64,000 bases of DNA from Somniosus microcephalus (Eukaryota), in NCBI GenBank assembly GCA_052327205.1, contig CM126207.1:279682001-279746000 (forward strand), written 5' to 3'. Each line of letters begins with the position of its first letter. Within the stretch, counting starts at the first letter, position 1. The notes beneath the pieces are model-generated. The model ran no database searches. It saw nothing but the letters and a program-made list of their open reading frames with translations, and had not been told where the DNA came from. Shown here piece after piece: positions 63,348 to 64,000 of this stretch. The position numbers and the translations under genes are program-made.

Positions 63348-64000
63348 TTAGTTTAAACCCTCCCCCACAGCACTAGCAAACACTCCCCCTAGGACATCGG
63401 TTCCAGCCCTGCCCAGGTGCAAACCGTCCGGTTTGAACTGGTCCCACCTCCCCCAGAACCAGTTCCAATGTCCCAGGAACTTGAATCCCTCCCCCTGGCA
63501 CCATTCCTCTAGCCACATATTCATCTGAAATATCTTTCTATTTCTACTCTGACTAGCATGTGGCACTGGCAGCAATCCTGAGATTACTACCTTTGAGGTC
63601 CTATTTTTTAATTTACCTCCTAACTCCCTATATTCAGCTTTTAGGACCTCATCCCAGCTTTTACCTATATCGTTGGTACCTATGTGCACCACGACAACTG
63701 GCTGTTCACCCTCCCCTTCCAAGATGTTCTGCAGCCGCTCTGAGACATCCTTGACCCTTGCACCAGGGAGGCAACACACCATCCTGGAGTCTCGTTTGCA
63801 GCCGCAGAAACGCCTATCTATTCCCCTTACAATAGAATCCCCTATTACTATAGCTCTCCCGTTCTTTTTCCTCCCGTCCTGTGCAGCAGAGCCACCCTGG
63901 TGCCAGGAAGTTGGCTGCTGCTGCTTTCTCCTGGTAAGCCATCCCCCCCATCAGTATCCAAAGCGGTATATCTGTTTGAGAGGGGGATGGCCACAGGGGA
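63348..64000 (-). CDS. CR1 ORF1 C-terminal SGNH/GDSL esterase domain (partial)
   Basis: VIGDSIVRG, CLPGA, HIGTND and DGLHL motifs. Confidence 0.88.

Larger units (their letters stand above)
58635..64000 (-). mobile_element. Long CR1 LINE (ORF1 esterase plus ORF2 EN/RT, disrupted), continuing beyond the window
   Basis: (TTTCTATG)n tail at 58635, RT FADD, endonuclease LNARSIRNK / ITETWL / YRPP / MGDFN. Confidence 0.95.

Overview
Repeat-saturated vertebrate DNA with four N gaps and no securely identifiable host gene. The mix of DeuSINE, CR1, L2, Penelope and Harbinger repeats points to a cartilaginous fish (inference). The window holds four Ty3/Gypsy LTR retrotransposons. Two span LTR to LTR (27232-32592 complete with TSD; 9606-18561 with outer LTR ends in gaps), one shows an intact pol and 3' LTR, and one ends in a palindrome of two inverted LTRs. 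There is also a solo LTR. A 3.85-kb PIF/Harbinger transposon (spliced Myb/SANT gene plus a transposase lacking the DDE core) and a 686-bp MITE with the same TIRs each sit inside a Gypsy ORF. The rest is nested CR1 LINEs, L2 and Penelope relics, and about 27 kb of mini/satellites, several seeded inside SINEs or LINEs. Best candidate for an unusual system: the Gypsy family at 27232-32592 has no tRNA primer-binding site. Instead a 15-nt sequence 1 nt after the 5' LTR is perfectly complementary to the AATAAA-containing segment of its own LTR, which is the geometry of self-priming, and related elements share U5 and PPT hairpins. All alignments were done by eye and family names come from recalled motifs, not database searches.
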